A DNA stretch of 63,757 bases, the filler included, from Hyphochytrium catenoides (taxonomy: Eukaryota > Protista > Hyphochytriomycota), in NCBI GenBank assembly GCA_900088475.1. It is 5 parts of 5 records of this genome, joined end to end, with 100 filler letters (N's around TTAATTAATTAA, not from the genome) between each part and the next. Parts side by side here need not be neighbours in the genome. Positions count along the whole stretch, not along the records: positions 62,659 to 63,757 come from FLMG01000602.1; 4 more parts are not named here. One strand, 5' to 3'. A model generated the notes under the pieces. It saw only the letters and a list, made by a program, of their open reading frames with translations. It did not search any database and was not told where the DNA came from. This document shows, one piece after another, positions 63,617 to 63,757 of this stretch (positions within the stretch are counted from its first letter, which is position 1; each line of letters starts with the position of its first letter). Both the position numbers and the translations under genes were made by a program.

Positions 63617-63757
63617 GGTAATGTCTTTCAAGTGAAACTCAGTTCAGCAGCTTCTTGAATCCGCTGGTCCGGAGAAGAGCATCCTTCTTGCGTTGATAGC
63701 ACTGTAACATGACCATGGGGTATCTCAGGGGTGTTTTAGGAGTATTTGATGGGTAAA

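Overview
Eukaryotic (protist-like) nuclear DNA made of five separate contigs joined by artificial 100-nt linkers (44 N + TTAATTAATTAA + 44 N) at 28159-28258, 54680-54779, 56218-56317 and 62559-62658, so adjacency across linkers is meaningless. Contig 1 (1-28158) is saturated with (GA)n/(CT)n microsatellites. It carries spliced genes for a DKDGT-type HAD phosphatase (-), a mitochondrial-type choline dehydrogenase (+) and a GALK2-like GHMP sugar kinase (+), plus decayed repeats. Contig 2 (28259-54679) has five intronless genes among degraded transposon-like DNA, including a Ty1/copia relic: an orphan 7TM protein, a GT96/SGT1-HPAT-like glycosyltransferase, a two-domain fungal-like secreted protein, an ABCG half-transporter and an SLC13/SLT-type Na+/sulfate transporter. 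Contig 3 has no gene I can support. Contig 4 has the 3' part of mitochondrial ATP synthase beta and a multi-exon long-form RNase Z with mostly short, microsatellite-free introns. Contig 5 looks like non-LTR retroelement 3' ends. Most ORFs in the track are microsatellite artefacts. The most notable signal is a context-specific C->T decay (CAG->TAG plus CG->TG/CA) in repeats, suggesting CG+CHG methylation or a RIP-like defence. All family assignments come from motif recognition; no database search was run.
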